Shown: positions 10,984-21,613, numbered from the stretch's first letter. The stretch is 64,000 nucleotides of DNA from Spirochaetaceae bacterium (GCA_051531975.1 JAOPTT010000006.1:320656-384655), one strand, 5' to 3'. Notes: a model not told the origin generated them from the letters alone. Translations and numbers: made by a program.

Positions 10984-11461
10984 AATTTATAATTCTTTTA
11001 ATTTCATCTTTAATATTATCTAATTTATATTGATCAATTTCATTAACAATTGTGATTACTTTACTATTACCATCACTAAAATATATTTTTAATGAAAATA
11101 ATTTTTTTGAAAATCTTGATCTTTTTTTATTTGTCTCAGTTTGACCCTTAATAAACTCTTTTTTTTCAATTTCTTCAATTTGATCAAAATTATATATGTT
11201 TTTTTTATAAACTAATAAAACACCAGTAGTTATAACAATTTTTTGTACCTCTTTATTTAAAACCCATTTTTCTTTGTATGTTAAAGCACATATTGAAATT
11301 ATTAATAAAACTACAGTCGAAATTGAAACTGAAGTAACTAATATACTACCTATTATCATAATGGAAATAATTAAAAACATTATATAAAAAAACAGTGGTG
11401 GATTTAGAATTAACTTCTCATCTGTACTTTTGGATGATACTCTAATATCGAAATTAAACAA
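10982..11461 (-). CDS. Hypothetical membrane protein (two N-terminal TM helices, basic soluble C-terminal domain)
   Basis: Two hydrophobic stretches; last gene of a three-gene minus-strand unit. Confidence 0.65.
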   Translation of the reverse strand: MFNFDIRVSSKSTDEKLILNPPLFFYIMFLIISIMIIGSILVTSVSISTVVLLIISICALTYKEKWVLNKEVQKIVITTGVLLVYKKNIYNFDQIEEIEKKEFIKGQTETNKKRSRFSKKLFSLKIYFSDGNSKVITIVNEIDQYKLDNIKDEIKRIIN

Positions 11462-11471
11462 TTAATACCCC

Positions 11472-12071
11472 TTATTTTACTTTGAAAACTTTTGTTATTG
11501 GATAAATAATTAGATCATCTTCATTTTCATTATCACCAATATAGCTATAAAGAAAATCATCTACAATTTCTTCAACAACTAAATATAATTCTTCTACTTT
11601 CCCAGCAGATTTTACTTTGACTTGAACTTTAGATTTTTCAATTATCTTATTATTGAAATCTAGACCTGAATCTAATAACTCTACATGATTACTATTTAAT
11701 GTAATTTTACTTTTTATTTCCTCGTCATCGCAAGTAAATAGTAAAACTTCAAATAACCATTCATAAGCCAATGCAACTTTCTCTTCACAAGCTTTATTTT
11801 GAATTAATATTTCATATTCATCAAATATACTGTTTAATTGTAATGAAATAAAATCTTGGATATCATCACTTTCAAAATGTTCTTGGTAGCTTTTATCATT
11901 AGAAAAAATTTCCTCAATTTCTTCAGATATAGCCTCAATATTATCACCAATTATATTGTATGATGAGACAATATCGTTCCCATATTCCTTATTTCCTGTA
12001 TGACCATCTATTAGTTTCTTATATTTTCTAATTGAATCAATTGATATTTCAAGTAAACTTTTAATACTCAT
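11472..12071 (-). CDS. Hypothetical acidic protein
   Basis: 199-aa ORF overlapping the upstream gene, gagg SD. Confidence 0.65.
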   Translation of the reverse strand: MSIKSLLEISIDSIRKYKKLIDGHTGNKEYGNDIVSSYNIIGDNIEAISEEIEEIFSNDKSYQEHFESDDIQDFISLQLNSIFDEYEILIQNKACEEKVALAYEWLFEVLLFTCDDEEIKSKITLNSNHVELLDSGLDFNNKIIEKSKVQVKVKSAGKVEELYLVVEEIVDDFLYSYIGDNENEDDLIIYPITKVFKVK

Positions 12072-12906
12072 TGTTGCACCTCTCTTTTAATATTATTGAA
12101 AAACCAAATAATTCTTTATCTAATGTGGCTTTAACAATTCTATCATCTATAATATCAACATCATTAGGATTAAAGTAGATGTTTTGCCATTTAAAATAAC
12201 TAATAGCTCTATTAAAGTTATTACATTCTAAAATTATGGTGTTTTTATTTGAATTACAAATTTTACATTTATTTGTAGAGGCAAATATATTTGCAAACTC
12301 AATAATTTCTTGATTTGCATCTTTGCATATATATATTTCTGTATAATTAAGACCTACAATTTTTTTTACTACCGAATTTACCCATAATTCGTAATCAATA
12401 ATATTTGGAGGAAGATCAATAATCGAAAATAGATGCTCAATGTTGTTGATTGTAGTCAGTTCAGGATTATCTAATACATTTATTAAATTACTACTGTTTA
12501 ATAAATCATTATCTGAACAAATTACACAATCTAATGAACTTTGTTCACATATTTTTATGTCATTTGGACTATCAATTTTTGGTATAAAATAAAAGCCACT
12601 GTTTTTTAGTTCTACAATCAATTTTTCATCACAACTCTCTAAAATAAAAAATTGGGCTCCACAAGCTGCTGCTGTATAAGCCTCTTCTAAGGAAGTTACA
12701 TTTTCTGCAGCAATAAAAAGATCAGCTTTAAAGGCGATTTCCTTTAATATCAGTTCCCAGTTTTTATTTTTCTTAATATCAATAATACAAAGTGGGGCGT
12801 TACCACTAACTAATTTTTGTACACACTCTAAAACACTATTCAATGGGATGTCTACTAATCTAATCATTAAACCAAAGTCATTACATTTTCTAAAAATTTT
12901 ATTCAT
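12061..12906 (-). CDS. Degenerate KDPG/KHG aldolase (long-form Eda)-like protein
   Basis: VTSLEEAYTAAACGAQFF and C-terminal NNFNRAISYF...ELFGFSIIL resemble long-form Eda; catalytic motifs not recognisable. Confidence 0.55.
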   Translation of the reverse strand: MNKIFRKCNDFGLMIRLVDIPLNSVLECVQKLVSGNAPLCIIDIKKNKNWELILKEIAFKADLFIAAENVTSLEEAYTAAACGAQFFILESCDEKLIVELKNSGFYFIPKIDSPNDIKICEQSSLDCVICSDNDLLNSSNLINVLDNPELTTINNIEHLFSIIDLPPNIIDYELWVNSVVKKIVGLNYTEIYICKDANQEIIEFANIFASTNKCKICNSNKNTIILECNNFNRAISYFKWQNIYFNPNDVDIIDDRIVKATLDKELFGFSIILKERCNNEY

Positions 12907-13003
12907 ATGTCATTCTAGAATAAAAAATATAAAAAGAAAACTATTTACAAATGTGAAATACACGATATACTGTTCTTATACATAGAAACAGTGAGGAGTA
13001 ATA

Positions 13004-14218
13004 ATGTCTAAAAGTAGTTTAGGAGATATGCCAAATAAAGATGGTTATTTTGGAGAGTATGGTGGTTCATTTATACCACCTCAACTAGAGTCAGTTTTAA
13101 AAGAGATCACTGTTGAGTATCAAAAAATACGAACAGATGAAAGTTTTATAAAAGAACTTAAAAAATTATATAAACATTTTGTTGGAAGACCTTCACCAAT
13201 CTTTCATGCAGAAAGATTAAGTGCTAAAATTGGTGGAGCTGATATATACTTAAAACGTGAAGATCTAAACCATACAGGTGCTCATAAAATAAACCACTGT
13301 TTAGGTGAAGCTCTACTTGCTAAAAAAATGGGAAAGAAGAAGTTAATTGCAGAAACCGGTGCAGGACAACATGGTGTTGCATTAGCTACTGCTGCAGCAT
13401 TAACTGGTTTAGAGTGTGATATATATATGGGTGAAGTTGATATAAAAAAGGAACACCCTAATGTTGTAAGAATGAAAATACTTGGTGCCACTGTTGTTCC
13501 TGTTACTCATGGTAGAAAAACATTAAAAGAAGCTGTAGATAGTGCTTTTGAAGCATATCTTGGAGATCCAATTACTCAGTTCTATGCAATTGGTTCAGTT
13601 GTTGGACCTCATCCTTTTCCAATGATGGTAAGAGATTTTCAACAAATTGTAGGGGAAGAAGCAAAAGTTCAATTTAAAGAGATGACTGGTAAACAACCGG
13701 ATAACCTAGTTGCTTGTATTGGTGGTGGATCAAATGCTATTGGTCTATTCACACCATTTTTAGAAGATAACGATATAAACATATATGGTGTAGAGCCAGC
13801 TGGAAGAAGTTTTGATGATGGAGAACACGCAGCAACTTTAACTTTAGGAAAACCAGGGATTATTCATGGTTTTAAATGTTATCTTTTACAGGATGAAAAA
13901 GGTGACCCAGCTAAGGTTTATTCTGTTGCAAGTGGATTAGATTATCCTGGAGTTGGTCCTCAACATTCTTATTTAAAGGATTTAGGAAGAGTTAAATATA
14001 CATATATTAATGATGTTGAATCGATTGATGCATTTTTTGAATTATCTAGAACTGAAGGTATTATTCCAGCTATAGAATCGGCACATGCTATTGCTTATGC
14101 TATAAAGCTTGCCGCAGAAGAGGGTAAGGGGAAAACAATACTTATTAATCTATCTGGTCGTGGTGATAAAGATATTGACTTTGTTGTCGAAAATTACGGT
14201 GATAAATATATTAAATAA
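13004..14218 (+). CDS. trpB: Tryptophan synthase beta chain (stand-alone)
   Basis: [49 protein letters not shown]. Confidence 0.95.
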   Translation: MSKSSLGDMPNKDGYFGEYGGSFIPPQLESVLKEITVEYQKIRTDESFIKELKKLYKHFVGRPSPIFHAERLSAKIGGADIYLKREDLNHTGAHKINHCLGEALLAKKMGKKKLIAETGAGQHGVALATAAALTGLECDIYMGEVDIKKEHPNVVRMKILGATVVPVTHGRKTLKEAVDSAFEAYLGDPITQFYAIGSVVGPHPFPMMVRDFQQIVGEEAKVQFKEMTGKQPDNLVACIGGGSNAIGLFTPFLEDNDINIYGVEPAGRSFDDGEHAATLTLGKPGIIHGFKCYLLQDEKGDPAKVYSVASGLDYPGVGPQHSYLKDLGRVKYTYINDVESIDAFFELSRTEGIIPAIESAHAIAYAIKLAAEEGKGKTILINLSGRGDKDIDFVVENYGDKYIK

Positions 14219-14220
14219 AA

Positions 14221-14254
14221 AAAAAGCTAGAAGTAATTCAACTTCTAGCTTTTT
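14221..14254. terminator. Bidirectional intrinsic terminator
   Basis: aaaaagctagaagt-aattca-acttctagcttttt. Confidence 0.9.
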
Positions 14255-14269
14255 ATAAAACAATAACGT

Positions 14270-15553
14270 TTAAATACAAGTTCCATTAGGAATTATTGCA
14301 TTTTTAACAATAATAATAATTCCATCTTTTATATAGTAGTATTCATGATCTTGATCCGGTCGTTCTAAAGAGTCATCAATCCCAATTCTACATCCACTAC
14401 CAATTCTAGCATTTTTATCAATAATTGCTTTTTTAATAACAGTTCCAGAACCTATTCCAATATTAGGTATATCATTTTTCTGATTATGACTTTTTTCCTC
14501 AATAGTTTCATAGCAGTCAGCACCCATACAATAAACACCTTCTAGGCTAGCACCTGTTTCAATAAGTGTTCTATTACCAATAATAGAATTACTTATATAA
14601 GCATTACTAATAATACTTCCAGCAGTAGATAGAGAGTTAGAAATAGTACAAGAGTTAAGTTTAGATGGTGCTAAATCTCTACGCCTAGAATATATTTGGT
14701 ACTCTTCATCATAAAGATTAAATTTAGGATATGGACTAGCTAAGTTAATATTTGCGTCATAAAAAGACTTAATTGTACCAATATCTTCCCAATAACCATA
14801 ATAGATATATGAATGAACTTTTAACTCTTTTATAGATTTAGGTATTACCTCTTTACCAAAATCAGTAAAATCATTATCTAAAGCTTTATTCATAGCATCT
14901 GCATTAAAAATATAAATTCCCATAGATGCAATATAGTGTTTATCTTCATTCATTGCTTCTTTTGACAGTAAAACTTCAGGAGCTTTTAATTCATCAATAT
15001 TATCATCAAATCCAGGCTTCTCATTAAAATCTTTAATTTCACCACTATCATCAAGAACTAAAATACCTAAATCACTTGCATCAAATCTATTAACAGGTGT
15101 TGATGCAATTGAAATTTCAGCACCACTTTTTATATGTTCATCAAGAAAAGTTTTAAGATCCATTCTATAAAGTTGATCTCCAGATAAAACCATATAATAT
15201 TTAGCATTTTGAGTTTTGAAGTGAATCAAATTTTTCCTAACAGCATCAGCTGTTCCATTATACCAGTCTGAGTTTGAGAATGTTTGTTCAGCAGCTAATA
15301 TTTCAACAAAACCATTTGTAAAGGTATCAAATTGATAAGTTTGATTTAGATGAATATGTAAAGATGCTGAGTTAAATTGTGTTAATATATATATTTTTTT
15401 AAAATTTGAATTAATACAATTTGATATTGGAATATCAACCAGTCTATACTTTCCACCAAATGGTACAGCAGGTTTACTTCGTTCTTTAGTTAAAGGATAT
15501 AATCTTGTTCCCTTACCGCCTCCTAATATTATACTTACTACATCTTTTGACAT
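14270..15553 (-). CDS. glgC: Glucose-1-phosphate adenylyltransferase
   Basis: GGGKGTRLYPLTKERSKPAVPFGGKYRL, GTADAVR, DFGKEVIP, YWEDIGT. Confidence 0.95.
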   Translation of the reverse strand: MSKDVVSIILGGGKGTRLYPLTKERSKPAVPFGGKYRLVDIPISNCINSNFKKIYILTQFNSASLHIHLNQTYQFDTFTNGFVEILAAEQTFSNSDWYNGTADAVRKNLIHFKTQNAKYYMVLSGDQLYRMDLKTFLDEHIKSGAEISIASTPVNRFDASDLGILVLDDSGEIKDFNEKPGFDDNIDELKAPEVLLSKEAMNEDKHYIASMGIYIFNADAMNKALDNDFTDFGKEVIPKSIKELKVHSYIYYGYWEDIGTIKSFYDANINLASPYPKFNLYDEEYQIYSRRRDLAPSKLNSCTISNSLSTAGSIISNAYISNSIIGNRTLIETGASLEGVYCMGADCYETIEEKSHNQKNDIPNIGIGSGTVIKKAIIDKNARIGSGCRIGIDDSLERPDQDHEYYYIKDGIIIIVKNAIIPNGTCI

Positions 15554-15587
15554 TATATCTCCTTTATTACTTATGCTTTATTATTTA

Positions 15588-15615
15588 ATTATAGACTATT
15601 AAATTTAATAGTCAA
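15588..15615 (-). promoter_or_regulatory. Sigma70 promoter of glgC overlapped by a perfect 20-bp palindrome
   Basis: TTGACT-N16-TATAAT on the minus strand; gactattaaatttaatagtc at 15594-15613. Confidence 0.65.
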
Positions 15616-15620
15616 AGTTT

Positions 15621-17186
15621 TTATTCTTCTCTAGGCATGTTGTAATAGTACTCATAACTATCTACTAAAGCTTGCCAAGAAGCTTCAATTATATTTTCAG
15701 AAACACCAACTGTTTCCCAATTTTTATCACCATCAGTAGACGAGATAAATACTCTAACCTTTGCGTCTGTTGCATTCTCTGGGTTAAGTACACGAACTTT
15801 ATAGTCACTTAATGACATACCACTTAAAAAAGGATGAAAATTAGTAAGAGCATCACGTACTGCAGTATCCAAAGTACCAACTGGACCTACACCTACACCA
15901 GCCCCCATATACTCTTTGCCACTTGATTTTAGGAAAATTCTACCAACAGTCTTGGAATCTACTCCCCATGTTTTATATGTTTCTAAATGATAATTATTAA
16001 GTTCAAATAGAGATTTATACTGATCCATAGCTTTTAACATTAATAATTCAAATGAAGCCTCAGCTGATTCATATTCAAATCCTTCACCTTCTTTTTGCTT
16101 TAATGTATTGAATAATTCAATTACTTGAGGAGAATTTTTTGAGAAGTTACCAAATTTATTCATTTTTTCAATAATTGTAGATTTACCAGCTAACTCAGAT
16201 AATAAGATCTGTCTTACATTACCAACCGTTTCTCCAGATATATGCTCCATAAGGTGTGGAGCTTTTAGTATTACATCAGCATGCTGTCCAGCTTTATGTC
16301 CAAATGCTGCAGTTCCAACATAAGGTTGATTTTTTTCAGGTATTATATTTGCTTTATCAGCAATATACCTAGATAAGTGAGTTAATTTACTCATATTAGG
16401 TGACATTGTTAGGTCATAATCCATTTTAATTGATAAGTTAGGTATTATTGAACACAAATTTGCATTTCCACATCTTTCTCCCCATCCATTCATTGTTCCT
16501 TGAACATGAGTCGCTCCAGATTCTACGGAAATAATTGAATTAGCAACTGCACAATCAAGATCATTATGATAATGAACACCAATATTTGCTAATTGAGATA
16601 AAGGTAAACTTTCAATTATCTCTTTTACTTCTCCAGGAAGAGTTCCACCATTAGTATCACATAACACTAAGTTACTAGCACCTACAGAAGTTGCTAATTT
16701 TAGTAGTTTTAAAGAATATTCAGGATTTGACTTATACCCGTCAAAAAAATGCTCTAAATCAAATATTACTTCTCGACCTTCATTTACTAATAAAGTAATT
16801 GAGTCTTCAACCATTGCTAAATTCTCGTCCAAAGTAGTTCTTATTACATCTGTAATATGTTTGTTCCATGCCTTCCCAACTATAACAACACCAGGCGATT
16901 CAGCATTTAAAAGTGATAATATATTCGCGTCATCTTTAGCTTTTTTACCTGGTTTTCGTGTAGAACCAAATGAAACAATTTTTGCGTTCTTAAAATTTTC
17001 TTTTGATGTTATGTTAAAAAAGTCTGCTTCTCTTTTACTCGCAAGTGGAAATCCACCTTCTATATAATCTATACCCGCATCGTCTAAAGCGTGGGCAATC
17101 TCTATTTTATCATTAAGAGTGAAATTGATTCCTACTCCTTGGGTTCCATCTCTTAATGTAGTGTCTAAAATTGATATTTTCTTCAT
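15621..17186 (-). CDS. cimA: Citramalate synthase (LeuA family)
   Basis: DTTLRDGTQG, HYHND, GWGERCGNANL, DYKVRVL, TVGVSENIIEASWQAL. Confidence 0.88.
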   Translation of the reverse strand: MKKISILDTTLRDGTQGVGINFTLNDKIEIAHALDDAGIDYIEGGFPLASKREADFFNITSKENFKNAKIVSFGSTRKPGKKAKDDANILSLLNAESPGVVIVGKAWNKHITDVIRTTLDENLAMVEDSITLLVNEGREVIFDLEHFFDGYKSNPEYSLKLLKLATSVGASNLVLCDTNGGTLPGEVKEIIESLPLSQLANIGVHYHNDLDCAVANSIISVESGATHVQGTMNGWGERCGNANLCSIIPNLSIKMDYDLTMSPNMSKLTHLSRYIADKANIIPEKNQPYVGTAAFGHKAGQHADVILKAPHLMEHISGETVGNVRQILLSELAGKSTIIEKMNKFGNFSKNSPQVIELFNTLKQKEGEGFEYESAEASFELLMLKAMDQYKSLFELNNYHLETYKTWGVDSKTVGRIFLKSSGKEYMGAGVGVGPVGTLDTAVRDALTNFHPFLSGMSLSDYKVRVLNPENATDAKVRVFISSTDGDKNWETVGVSENIIEASWQALVDSYEYYYNMPREE

Positions 17187-17412
17187 AATATTTACTCCTA
17201 AATAATACAGAATATAATAATATATATAAAATAAAATTAAAAGATATTAATTTGTCCATAAATTTGTTCAAAAAATCGATATTTTTACTTCAACCACCTT
17301 TATTTAAGATTACAAATAATATAATATGCTTGTTAGTCGTTGGTTATCGTCATCTAAAATATCACTCGTTGGTATTACGGTATACTGGCAAATAAATTAC
17401 AGAGGTAAGTAA

Positions 17413-17724
17413 ATGTACGCTTTAGTAGAAATTAAAGGTAAACAGTATAAGGCTGAAACAGGCTCTTTATTAAAAGTCGACAGTCTTAAAAGTGAAGTAG
17501 GTACCGAATTTGAATTCGATACAGTATTAATGATTGGTGGTGATAATAGTAAAATTGGAACTCCATATGTTGCAGGTGCTAAGGTTAAAGCTGTTGTAGA
17601 GCACAATATTAAAGATAAGAAAATTCGAGTTTTTAAATACAACAGAAGAAAGTCTTACAGACGAACACAGGGGCATAGACAACAATATTCCCTAATTAGA
17701 GTTTCTGATATATTAGGAGCATAG
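17413..17724 (+). CDS. rplU: 50S ribosomal protein L21
   Basis: MYALVEIKGKQYK...GHRQQYS. Confidence 0.97.
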   Translation: MYALVEIKGKQYKAETGSLLKVDSLKSEVGTEFEFDTVLMIGGDNSKIGTPYVAGAKVKAVVEHNIKDKKIRVFKYNRRKSYRRTQGHRQQYSLIRVSDILGA

Positions 17725-17727
17725 TTA

Positions 17728-18087
17728 TTGATTAATATTATTTGCAATACCAATAATTCTTTAATTGTTTTTTTAGAAGTGAACGGGCATGCGAGTAATA
17801 ATATTAATAACAATGTTATTTGTGCTGCAGTATCTTGTTTAACAAGAACTGTTTGTGAAATAACTACACGGCTTAAGGGAGTTACTTCAGATTGTAGTGC
17901 TCCTAATCCGGGAAATGTTATGTTAAGTATACATAATGTGGAGATAACAGTTCAGGAGATGTTTTCTGGAGTTACCGATTTTTTGCTTATTGGCTTAATT
18001 GGTATCAAAAGGGATTATCCTGAATCAATAAAACTGAAAATTAATAATAAGGAATGGTACGATGGCTCACAAAAAAGGTGGTGGTAG
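17728..18087 (+). CDS. prp: Ribosomal-processing cysteine protease Prp (YsxB/DUF464) family
   Basis: Located between rplU and rpmA; GHA...VICAAVS His/Cys motifs; TTG start. Confidence 0.8.
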   Translation: MINIICNTNNSLIVFLEVNGHASNNINNNVICAAVSCLTRTVCEITTRLKGVTSDCSAPNPGNVMLSIHNVEITVQEMFSGVTDFLLIGLIGIKRDYPESIKLKINNKEWYDGSQKRWW

Positions 18088-18316
18088 TTCTAAAAACGGT
18101 CGAGATTCTCAATCTAAACGACTTGGTATAAAAAAATTCGGCGGCGAAACTGTAAAAGCTGGTGAAATTATTTTAAGACAACGAGGAACTAGGATTTATC
18201 CTGGTGAAAATGTTGGTCTAGGTAGAGATTATACTCTTTTTGCTAAAGAAGCAGGAAAAGTTGTTTTTGGAACTAAGAAAAACAAAAAAAATGTCTCTAT
18301 AGCTTTAGAGGCTTAA
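18062..18316 (+). CDS. rpmA: 50S ribosomal protein L27
   Basis: [16 protein letters not shown]. Confidence 0.97.
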   Translation: MAHKKGGGSSKNGRDSQSKRLGIKKFGGETVKAGEIILRQRGTRIYPGENVGLGRDYTLFAKEAGKVVFGTKKNKKNVSIALEA

Positions 18317-18327
18317 GGAAACTATAA

Positions 18328-19314
18328 TTGCGTGGCTTTATAGACGAAACTCGGATTGAAGTTTTTTCAGGAAACGGAGGTCCGGGTGCAGTATCTTTTA
18401 GACGTGAAAAATACGTCGAAAAAGGTGGTCCCGATGGGGGCGATGGTGGAAAAGGTGGAAGTGTAACCTTCCAAGTTCGTAGGAACTTAAAAACCTTTTC
18501 TCACTTAAATTCCAGACACACATTTAAAGCAAAAAATGGTGGACAAGGAAGTGGTAAAAAATGTCATGGAGCAAATGGTGCAGATGTATTATTACAGGTG
18601 CCTCCAGGTACAATTGTTCGTGACTATAAATCAAAAGAAATCATAATCGACTTTTCTGATATTGAGGAAAAAGAGTTTGTTTTATTAGAAGGTGGTAGAG
18701 GGGGTCAAGGTAATTGGCACTTTAGAACTGCTCGTAGACAACTTCCTAGATTTGCTCAGCCAGGAGAAGAAGGGGATTATCAAGAATTACTTTTAGAATT
18801 AAATATGATAGCAGATTTAGGATTTGTTGGATTTCCAAATGCTGGAAAATCAAGTTTACTAAAAATGTTAACTAATGCTGATCCAAAAGTTGCTTCTTAT
18901 GCTTTTACAACTAAAATTCCAAACTTAGGTGTATTAAGAATACATGATAAGGATGTTATATTAGCTGATATACCAGGTATTATTGAAGGTGCCCACAGTG
19001 GAACAGGTTTAGGAATACGTTTTTTAAAACATATTGCAAGAACTGCAGCTTTAGTATTTATGGTAGATTTAAGTGATCCTGATTATCTGGGACATTATGA
19101 GAAGCTTTTATTTGAAGTTGGAGAATTTCAAGCAGATTTGTTAGATAAACCAAGACTTTTACTTGCTACTAAAATTGATGTAGAAGGAACAGAAGAAAAT
19201 TTACAAGAGCTTTGTAAAAAATACCCTGATCTTGATATTACTGCAATTTCTGTGTTTGCAAGAACTGGAATTGAAGATATCACTGTGAAATTCTTTGAAT
19301 TAGCCCACAAATGA
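18328..19314 (+). CDS. obg: GTPase Obg/CgtA (short form)
   Basis: FRREKY..GGPDGGDGGKGG, GFPNAGKSS, DIPGIIEGA; TTG start. Confidence 0.95.
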   Translation: MRGFIDETRIEVFSGNGGPGAVSFRREKYVEKGGPDGGDGGKGGSVTFQVRRNLKTFSHLNSRHTFKAKNGGQGSGKKCHGANGADVLLQVPPGTIVRDYKSKEIIIDFSDIEEKEFVLLEGGRGGQGNWHFRTARRQLPRFAQPGEEGDYQELLLELNMIADLGFVGFPNAGKSSLLKMLTNADPKVASYAFTTKIPNLGVLRIHDKDVILADIPGIIEGAHSGTGLGIRFLKHIARTAALVFMVDLSDPDYLGHYEKLLFEVGEFQADLLDKPRLLLATKIDVEGTEENLQELCKKYPDLDITAISVFARTGIEDITVKFFELAHK

Positions 19315-19877
19315 GATTAGCAATATTAGGTGGAACTTTTAATCCACCTCATTTGGGGCATCTTTTTTTTGCCAATGAAGTCAGAGAACTTCTAAAATAT
19401 GATAAAATTATTTTTGTACCTTCTGCTATTTCAGCACATAAAATTAATGATAAAAGTATTAAAGATTCTCATAGATTAAATATGATTAAATTAGCTGTTG
19501 AAGATTTTTCTTGGGCAAGTGTATCTGATTGTGATATTATCCGGGGTGGAATTACTAGAACTGTTGATACTATTCATGATATTTCATTAATCTTCAACTT
19601 AAAACACAAACCTGGATTTATAATTGGAGCTGATCTTGTTAAAGGATTTTCAAATTGGAGAGATCCTGAGATAATAGCAGATAAATCTGATTTAATTGTT
19701 GGAAAAAGAGATTCAGAAGACGTTTCATTGAAATATAAACATTTCACTGTAAATAATAAAATATTTCCATTATCTTCAACAGAGATAAGAAATAGAGTAT
19801 TGGAAGGTAAAAGTATAAACTTTTTACTACCAGAGAAAGTGATTAAATATATTGAAAAAAATGAATTATATAAATAA
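19311..19877 (+). CDS. nadD: Nicotinate-nucleotide adenylyltransferase
   Basis: GGTFNPPHLGH, IIGAD, SSTEIR. Confidence 0.93.
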   Translation: MRLAILGGTFNPPHLGHLFFANEVRELLKYDKIIFVPSAISAHKINDKSIKDSHRLNMIKLAVEDFSWASVSDCDIIRGGITRTVDTIHDISLIFNLKHKPGFIIGADLVKGFSNWRDPEIIADKSDLIVGKRDSEDVSLKYKHFTVNNKIFPLSSTEIRNRVLEGKSINFLLPEKVIKYIEKNELYK

Positions 19878-20448
19878 TTTATCTTTAATTGATAATTATC
19901 TTCAGAATAATTTAAGTCAGAAGAGATACAATCATTCAACTGAAGTTGCAAAAATGTCAAAAGAGATTTCAATGTTATTTAATATAGATTCTAAAAAATC
20001 TTTTTTTGCCGGTTTATGTCACGATATTGCTAGGGAATTTAAAATTTCATTTTTAAAAGAGGAAATATTAAAACATTCAGGATTTTCAAAAGATTTTTAT
20101 TTATTACCCCAATTATTTCATGGTCCCGTTGGAGCTTCTTTTTTAACACAAAAATTTGATATAGTGGACCCAGAAATTTTAGAGGCAGTTTGTTACCACT
20201 CTATTGGTCATTCTGGTATAGGGTATATTGCAAAAGTTGTTTTTGTAGCAGATTATATATCAAGAGATAGAACTCATATTGATAATAATTTTAGAAATTA
20301 TATTTTAAATCTTGATTTAGATAATATGATTATTAAGGTTGTTGATAAGAGTAAAGAGTATTTACTTATAAAAGGAAAAACTATTTTAACTGAAACTGAA
20401 ACTATGTATAATCATATTATGAGGTGGCCGAGTGAAAAAGAAACATGA
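19852..20448 (+). CDS. yqeK: HD-domain Ap4A hydrolase YqeK
   Basis: RYNHS, HDIAR, HGPVGA, FVADYI; follows nadD. Confidence 0.85.
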   Translation: MKKMNYINNLSLIDNYLQNNLSQKRYNHSTEVAKMSKEISMLFNIDSKKSFFAGLCHDIAREFKISFLKEEILKHSGFSKDFYLLPQLFHGPVGASFLTQKFDIVDPEILEAVCYHSIGHSGIGYIAKVVFVADYISRDRTHIDNNFRNYILNLDLDNMIIKVVDKSKEYLLIKGKTILTETETMYNHIMRWPSEKET

Positions 20449-21613
20449 ATTTGATAAAAGCCTTCTTATATTATTTGCTATTATATTAATTACAACTATA
20501 ACTGCTCTTTTTTTGTATTTAAATGTACGAGTCGATCGTATATCACAAATAATTAAGGATCATGGTGTTTTAAAAGTACTAATAACAGTGGTTGAAGATG
20601 AAAAACCATTGATAACTCAAGTTCTATTGATAAATACAGATACAAATAAAGGTGCATTAATAGATATACCAGGAAATACGGGATCAATCATAGAGTCTCA
20701 ACAAAGATTTTCAAGAGTTGATTCAATATATAGTGATCAAGGAATAGATGCTTATAGGAGTAAAATTGGTAATATATTATCAATAGATATACCTTTTCAT
20801 ATAAATCTTGATGTAGCTGATTTTTCTCAAACTATTGACTTCCTTGATGGATTAGATCTCTTTGTTTCAAAATCTATAGAGACAATATCTGATAGTTTTT
20901 ATATTCCTTCAGGAAGTGTTGTTTTAGAAGGTGATAAGGTTTTACAATATCTTAACCTAAATATAGAAGGTGAACATAAAACTGCTAAAGTTAGTAGAAG
21001 GCATAAGATAATTCAAAGTTATTTAGCTCAATTAAAGATTTATTCAGATAAAATAACTAAAGAAAATATTTTACTTGAAATGTCATCTAGATTAACTACA
21101 AATCTAGATCTAGCAGCATTAGAAAAACTTTTTGATTTATTTGGTATTTTAGAAGTTGATAGACTAGTTTTTCAAGGAGTTTTGGGAGAAAATAAAATTG
21201 TAAGTGATGATGAGTTAATTTTTCCTTACAATAAAGAGAATTTAATTAAAGTTATAGTTAAACGAATATTAATTAATTTAAGTAATCCTGAAGTAATTAG
21301 TGATGAAAAATTAAATTTTAATATTCAAGTATTAAATGGTACTAGTATACCAGGTTTAGCCTCAAGAGCTTCAATATATTTGAGTAGCTTTGGTTATACA
21401 ATGTCCGATCCTGGAAATGCATCAAAAGGTTCAGACGAATATGAATATACAAGTATACTAATTAGAAAAGGCAACAAAGAAGCTGCCGAAAGCATTGGAG
21501 AGTTAATTAATTGTGATGATATTTATTCCAATATTGAAGAAGGGATAGATGATACAATTGATTTTACAATAATATTAGGAAAGGATTTTGATGGAAAACG
21601 TTGTAAAGATTAA
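20432..21613 (+). CDS. LCP (LytR-CpsA-Psr) family protein with LytR C-terminal domain
   Basis: N-terminal TM; IDIP..T, DFLDGLDL; C-terminal VLNGTSIPGLA...IILGKDF. Confidence 0.8.
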   Translation: MKKKHEFDKSLLILFAIILITTITALFLYLNVRVDRISQIIKDHGVLKVLITVVEDEKPLITQVLLINTDTNKGALIDIPGNTGSIIESQQRFSRVDSIYSDQGIDAYRSKIGNILSIDIPFHINLDVADFSQTIDFLDGLDLFVSKSIETISDSFYIPSGSVVLEGDKVLQYLNLNIEGEHKTAKVSRRHKIIQSYLAQLKIYSDKITKENILLEMSSRLTTNLDLAALEKLFDLFGILEVDRLVFQGVLGENKIVSDDELIFPYNKENLIKVIVKRILINLSNPEVISDEKLNFNIQVLNGTSIPGLASRASIYLSSFGYTMSDPGNASKGSDEYEYTSILIRKGNKEAAESIGELINCDDIYSNIEEGIDDTIDFTIILGKDFDGKRCKD

